Part shown: positions 58,130 through 64,000 of the stretch, piece by piece
Numbering within the stretch: position 1 is the stretch's first letter
How the letters are laid out: each line of letters begins with the position of its first letter
Source of the DNA: Eledone cirrhosa
Lineage: Eukaryota
Direction of reading: 5' to 3'
Assembly: GCA_964016885.1 (NCBI GenBank)
Contig: OZ024743.1
Span: forward strand, 558,001-622,000
Length of the DNA: 64,000 bases
Translations under genes and position numbers: made by a program
Notes under the pieces: model-generated
Seen by the model: the letters and a program-made list of their open reading frames with translations, nothing else
Database searches by the model: none
Told to the model about the DNA's origin: nothing

Positions 58130-58310
58130 ACGTGGATTCAAATCCTGGACTGGATTGTGTTTTGTGTTCTTTAGCAAAACACTTCATTCGACGTTGTTCC
58201 AGTATACTCAGCTGAAAATGAGTACCAGCAACTGTTGGTGTTTAACCGGGCGATGGACTGGCGTCCTATTGAGGTGGCCAGAATAGGGACCGCCTGATGA
58301 GCCTCAACGA
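58130..58310 (+). mobile_element. SINE family 2 partial copy
   Basis: Similar to 34510-34720 (ACTCAGCTGAAAATGAGTACCAGCAA, GCGATGGACT). Confidence 0.75.
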
Positions 58311-58774
58311 TTGATACCGACTACTGTAGTCTAATTATTGATCTCAAATGACACGAAATTTAGTATTGGTACATCAGAGTTCTTTCTTGTGTTATAAAAA
58401 TTGAGTGAAATTGAATAAAACAATATATTCTAATCGGGGAACCACAAACTATATTACAGACAAAATAACCCCTGGCAAGAGAAAGTTCATTCTTCTAGAG
58501 TTATCTGCTCGCTGTATTTCACCCTGTTCATAACCTATTCAAACGTCTTCTCCAACTAGGCTTATAGACCAAACGAGACTCTTAGAATCATCATCAAGTA
58601 TACCACGATCATCATAGATGACATGGACGAAACTTTCCAGGTGCTGAGACGCAAACCTATTGACGTATTAAGACTAATGTGAGTTTTGTTACCACCATCC
58701 AATTGACACCACGTATTACGCTACGGATTCCCGGCCTCCCATTTCAAGCGAGCTGACTTTTACCATTTCCAATT

Positions 58775-58990
58775 TCAGTATAAAAATGTTAAGAGCAAAA
58801 ATGTACAGAAGCGATAAAGAAGTTTGACGGGCACATTTACGAAAATATTAGGCTTAGCGTTCAGCAGAATTATGGGACGGAAATAGTTGATGTTATACCA
58901 GTTTGTTACGTCCTCCCTCAGCAGCCCTACTACAGCTGGGAATGTTTCCACTTCACTGCCAATTGAGTTAGGTGTCTGCCAAATCTGGCA
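58775..58990 (-). pseudogene. Old non-LTR RT fragment (L1/Tx1-like)
   Basis: NYFRPIILLNAKPNIFVNV resembles the NYRPISLLNxDxKI motif. Confidence 0.35.
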
Positions 58991-59384
58991 TATAGTCATA
59001 AAGATAGTACGGCAGACCTTCCAAACCTGAAAAATGTGCCTCCACGCTATCATTCAATACTAAGCATATCTCAACTGCAGCTCTCATTGTATTTTCAAAA
59101 GCCCCCGTTTTCTATCGAATGCTATCGAATAAACCACTAAATTCACTCTTGCTAGTCCACCACTGCCCGAGTAATCGAGTAAAGTGCTGCTGAAAAACCA
59201 CACAGCTGAATGGAATCGAAGAAAGAAACTGAAATAAAAGAATTAGACCATCAGAGACACACAAATACTTAGAAATCAATAAACAAGACAGTGTACAACA
59301 TACACAATTAAAAGAAGAGACTAGGAACGAATGTTTTAGACCCATTATATTAATTATTAATGCAAATCTAAATGTAAAACATAA

Positions 59385-59900
59385 GCCAATACATAAGGAA
59401 ATGAAGGCCAATCGACCAGAAATAGCAATAAAAAACGACCAGAAGTAGAAAGGCCTCCTAATTGATGAAACGATCCCAACGGATGTCACTGTATTTTACA
59501 ACTAAATAAATAAGGGATGGAGAAATTATCTAAACATAAAAACTATAGATGGAAATAATTCTAATCTGGGCGATGAAAACAAAAACAATTCCCTTAGAAT
59601 ACGTGCATTGTAGATGATAAAAATTCCACATACCTGGAAAGCCATCCCGGCAAGAGATACAGAAAATAGTGCTGATTGATACTGCCCATGTCCTAAGAAG
59701 GGAATTATGAATTTAAAAACTTTGCAAAGACATTTACTGTTGTCTGCCCTTGTGGCATCACTTGTGTGACAATTGATTGTAAAATGTGTGTATTTTCAAA
59801 TTTTGCCTGAGGTGTCAGTTTTACACTCGGCATGATTTGGAAAGGAGCAGAACTCAAAGGAAGCTTCAAATCATCATCATTATCATAATGATAATGATTT
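59385..59900 (+). mobile_element. Degenerate 3' end of an RLE-type non-LTR element (R4/Dong-like)
   Basis: KANRPEIAIK..LIDETIPTD..EKLSKHK..IPGKPSRQEIQKIVLIDTAHVLRR, then (ATC/ATA)n; smaller related fragment near 61460-61560. Confidence 0.65.
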
Positions 59901-60204
59901 CTTTATTTGCCACTAGGACCCACATATAGGGAACAATACAAAGACAGGGACAGTAGGGGTTTGCAATAAAATTGAATAAAAAGACACAATTTGTTTTGTA
60001 AAGTTTTTCTAGCAATCCTTTGTGTGTTAATTGGCCTCAGATCAGTTCCCGATTTCACAGGCTCAATATACCATGTAGAATTGTGGCGGTGCTAGAGATG
60101 GTAGAAATTAGGGCACTGCTTATGACGTTGAGGATCCCAAAGTTTTTGATGAAAGATATAAAGCGTTTAGGGACTGTGTCTAGCGCCCCAATAATAATAC
60201 ATAT

Positions 60205-60585
60205 TATTATCACTTCTACTTTAGGCATAAGGTCAGCAATTTGAAGGGGGAGGGGAAAGTTTATTAAATCGACCCATTACTAGAGCTTTATTTATCGACC
60301 CCGTAAGGATGAAAGGCAAAGGTAACCTCGGCGGGATTAGAACTCATAACGTAAGGAACCGTCACTCTATGCCATGAAGTATGGTGTCCGGTGCTCTACC
60401 GATACTGCCAATCCACCAATAATAATAATGATTTCTAGTATAGGCACAAGGCTACTAATTTGGGAGGAGAGGAAAGTCGATTAAATCGTTACTGGTGCTT
60501 TATTTTATCGACCCCGTAAGGATGAAAGGCAAAGTTAACCTCGGCGGGATTTGAACTCAGATCGTAAAGGGCCGTAGCTCTATGC
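60205..60585 (-). mobile_element. Two adjacent SINE family 1 copies
   Basis: 60205-60417 and 60430-60585. Confidence 0.85.
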
Positions 60586-61261
60586 TATCACACTATCCTA
60601 ACCAAAGCTGCTGGAATATACATTGACACACAGCAACGTATCAAAATTGCTCTACATACGCCTATCAACCGAATTTCGACTGCTTCAAGAAAAGTTCAGT
60701 GATACTTTTATGAAGTTTTATTTATCTTAGAAAATGACAATCTAAATCTACTAAGGAATATTGGCAAACAGACAGATTTCCAGATAACACATAAATCTAA
60801 TATCATTTTCCTTGACAAAAATAAACAAGAGCTAGCTAATTATCGGTATAACCAATAATAAATTACTGCAATGTGAAGAAGCGAGTTAAAAAGCTAAGTA
60901 ATGACACAAATCTACCCATTGAATGAAAATGATTATAATAGGTAATTTATGTGCCTATTATCCAATTTATAACTATCGCAAGTGAAATGATACACATGTA
61001 CTACTTTGAGGTCATTGGCAGATTACCCAAAATGATAAAAATATAAAGAATTTAGAAAACAGCATTCCTAAACCTTTCACACATAACATTTGTAATACTT
61101 GAACATTCATCTTGACAGCGAGAAGTTTTGTTACTCTTCGACATCTTTTTAAACCTGGAACACTATTATGCAAGTTTTCAAATATTTACGATGCTTTTCT
61201 TTTTTCAGAAATAAATTTCGTATTATATTTCTCAAACCATAGATCATAAATGATAATAATA

Positions 61262-61443
61262 ATAATTGTTTCTACTTTTGGCACAAGGCCAGCAATTATC
61301 CGAGTGTATTACTGGTACTTTATTTTATCGACTCCGTAAGTATGAAAGACAAAGTTAACCTCTGCGGGATTTGAACTCAGAATGGCAAGGGCCGTAACTC
61401 TTTGCTACAAATCATGGCGTCCGACCCTCTACCGATTCTGCCA
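61262..61443 (-). mobile_element. SINE family 1 copy
   Basis: Reverse complement of 9180-9360. Confidence 0.9.
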
Positions 61444-62615
61444 AATATTAAGTCCTATCAGGGATTATCCAAATATAAAGATATGGAAATAGAAATAACA
61501 GGAATATTGATATTGAAAAACAGAAAACCCTTATGATTGAGGGGCCTTAGAAATTATTTCTAAAAAATAGGGGAGGAATATATAACGAAAAATATAAGAA
61601 TTTACATTTACACGTAATATAATTCACTTTAATTACTTCTAAAAGCAGATTCTTGCAATGCTCGAAAATATTCAGACACTCAGATTCATTTTGCTATTGA
61701 CTAAACGAATATATATAAAGTGTAAATGATATCAATATTAATAATTATAAAATAGATTTATTCTTTATAAAACACACGTTTCAATACAATAATGGGGATG
61801 TTGTGATATCTGTCTCTAGAGAAATATGACATTATATTAGTGGCTTTTGTAATTTTAACCAAAACACCTGAATGGATGATTCGTTATCGCGTTTGGCAAA
61901 ATGATTTGTGGAGTTCAGTTATGACACTTTGCCTTCTTTATTCAAATCCTGTCGAGGTTAACGTTGCCATTCCTCCTTCAGAGGTCGATATAGTAAAGTA
62001 CTATTCAAGTACTGGAGTATATTTATTCGGATCACCTGTCAAAACATGTTACTTGACTTGCGTTATAACTAAAGTGCATCAGGTGATTTTTCTAATTTAT
62101 AAATATGTCTTTACATTGCTTGTTGCAACATAGTAAAGTGAATTATCAGAATTGCAATCGACGTGACTGGAAATGGGGATATTGGTTTCGGAATCCGTAG
62201 TAATTTGGTTTTCAATATGCTGGGGCAGATTTTGCATCGGGTGCGGTATCGGGTACAGCACTCACTTTGTTTGTGGGTAGGTGTACATACTGTACATGAC
62301 TAAAATGACACTGATGTTTGTGCCTCTTTGAGCGAGAAGAGTAGAGGTTCACGTCAGATAGAAACAGTACTGTGGTTGTGCTATATAAGAGGGAAACTGA
62401 GGAATATGAAACCAGCATCAGAAGAAGAGACATCAAATCAAGGCTAGTTATTTAATGCAAGCCTATACAACAATTGAATGCTTGCTTGAAACATTAATTA
62501 GCTATCGTAAGAACAATGTTTCAAAACATCTTAGTATTTGTAGATGAAACACTCAGTAACTGAAAAAAGAAATTTGCATTCGAGTACTGTAGACTTTTAT
62601 TATTTTCTGCTGCAA

Positions 62616-64000
62616 AGCATGGCGTCCGACCCTCTACCGACACTAGAGGGTACATAGCATGGCGTCCGACCCTCTACCGACACTAGAGGGTACATAGCAT
62701 GGCGTCTGACCCTCTACCGACACTAGAGGGTACATAGCATGGCGTCCGACCCTCTACCGACACTAGAGGGTACATAGCATGGCGTCCGACCCTCTACCGA
62801 CACTAGAGGGTACAAAGCATGGCGTCAGACCCTCTACCGACACTAGAGGGTACATAGCATGGCGTCTGACCCTCTACCGACACTAGAGGGTACATAGCAT
62901 GGCGTCTGACCCTCTACCGACACTAGAGGGTACAAAGCATGGCGTCGGACCCTCTACCGACACTAGAGGGTACAAAGCATGGCGTCCAACACTCTACCGA
63001 CACTAGAGGGTACATAGCATGGCGTCTGACCCTCTACCGACACTAGAGGGTACAAAGCATGGCGTCTGACCCTCTACCGACACTAGAGGGTACATAGCAT
63101 AGCGTCTGATCCTCTACCGACACTAGAGGGTACAAAGCATGGCGTCTGACCCTCTACCGACACTAGAGGGTACAAAGCATGGCGTCTGACCCTCTACCGA
63201 CACTAGAGGGTACATAGCATAGCGTCTGACCCTCTACCGACACTAGAGGGTACATAGCATGGCGTCTGACCCTCTACCGAGACTAGAGGGTACATAGCAT
63301 GGCGTCTGACCCTCTACCGATACTAGAGGGTACACAGCATGGCGTCTGACCCTCTACCGACACTAGAGGGTACATAGCATGGCGTCTGAACCTCTACCGA
63401 CACTAGAGGGTACATAGCATGGCGTCCGACCCTCTACCGACACTAGAGGGTACATAGCATGGCGTCCGACCCTCTACCGACACTAGAGGGTACACAGCAT
63501 GGCGTCTAACCCTCTACCGACACTAGAGGGTACATAGCATGGCGTCTGAACCTCTACCGACACTAGAGGGTACATAGCATGGCGTCCGACCCTCTACCGA
63601 CACTAGAGGGTACATAGCATGGCGTCCGACCCTCTACCGACACTAGAGGGTACAAAGCATGGCGTCAGACCCTCTACCGACACTAGAGGGTACATAGCAT
63701 GTCGTCTGAACCTCTACCGACACTAGAGGGTACATAGCATGGCGTCTGAACCTCTACCGACACTAGAGGGTACATAGCATGGCGTCCGACCCTCTACCGA
63801 CACTAGAGGGTACATAGCATGGCGTCTGACCCTCTACCGACACTAGAGGGTACATAGCATGGCGTCTGACCCTCTACCGACACTAGAGGGTACATAGCAT
63901 AGCGTCTGACCCTCTACCGACACTAGAGGGTACAAAGCATGGCGTCTGACCCTCTACCGACACCCGAGGGTACATAGCATGGCGTCTGACCCTCTACCGA
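62616..64000 (+). repeat. 40-bp tandem satellite (at least 34 units) derived from the SINE family 1 head
   Basis: Unit AGCATGGCGTCYGACCCTCTACCGACACTAGAGGGTACAW; first 28 nt match the antisense SINE (for example 61412-61438). Confidence 0.95.

Noticed and set aside
62212-62436. Small signal-peptide-like ORF (-) or TATA-box promoter (+, TATATAAG near 62382)
   Set aside because: No recognisable homology, splice structure or well-spaced initiator; cannot be supported from sequence alone
62616-64000. CRISPR-like array of palindromic repeats
   Set aside because: Units are contiguous with no unique spacers, there are no cas genes, the context is eukaryotic and the unit derives from a SINE

Overview
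AT-rich, repeat-saturated eukaryotic (animal) DNA with no recognisable host gene; the microsatellite load and the SINE/LINE/Penelope mix suggest an octopus-like cephalopod (inference). Most long ORFs in the track ([12 protein letters not shown]) are microsatellite translations. Recognisable relics are one mariner, three Penelope-like elements (PLEs; two Naiad-type, RT plus GIY-YIG), two CR1/L2-group LINEs, RTE and R4/Dong-like LINE pieces, two tRNA-derived SINE families, small MITEs and a 40-bp SINE-derived satellite. The main hidden signal is a dense set of non-coding inserts sitting in (TA)n tracts. They carry about 20 type I hammerhead ribozyme (HHR) motifs, folded by eye, and many are fold-back palindromes. 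Two are retrozyme-like tandem arrays with one HHR per unit (517-bp and 997-bp monomers). Several HHRs share a U3-A8 core variant (UUGANAA), and several families share a 3' motif. One tail is physically linked to a Naiad PLE, the likely mobilising partner. Ribozyme activity and circular RNA production are predictions, not observations.
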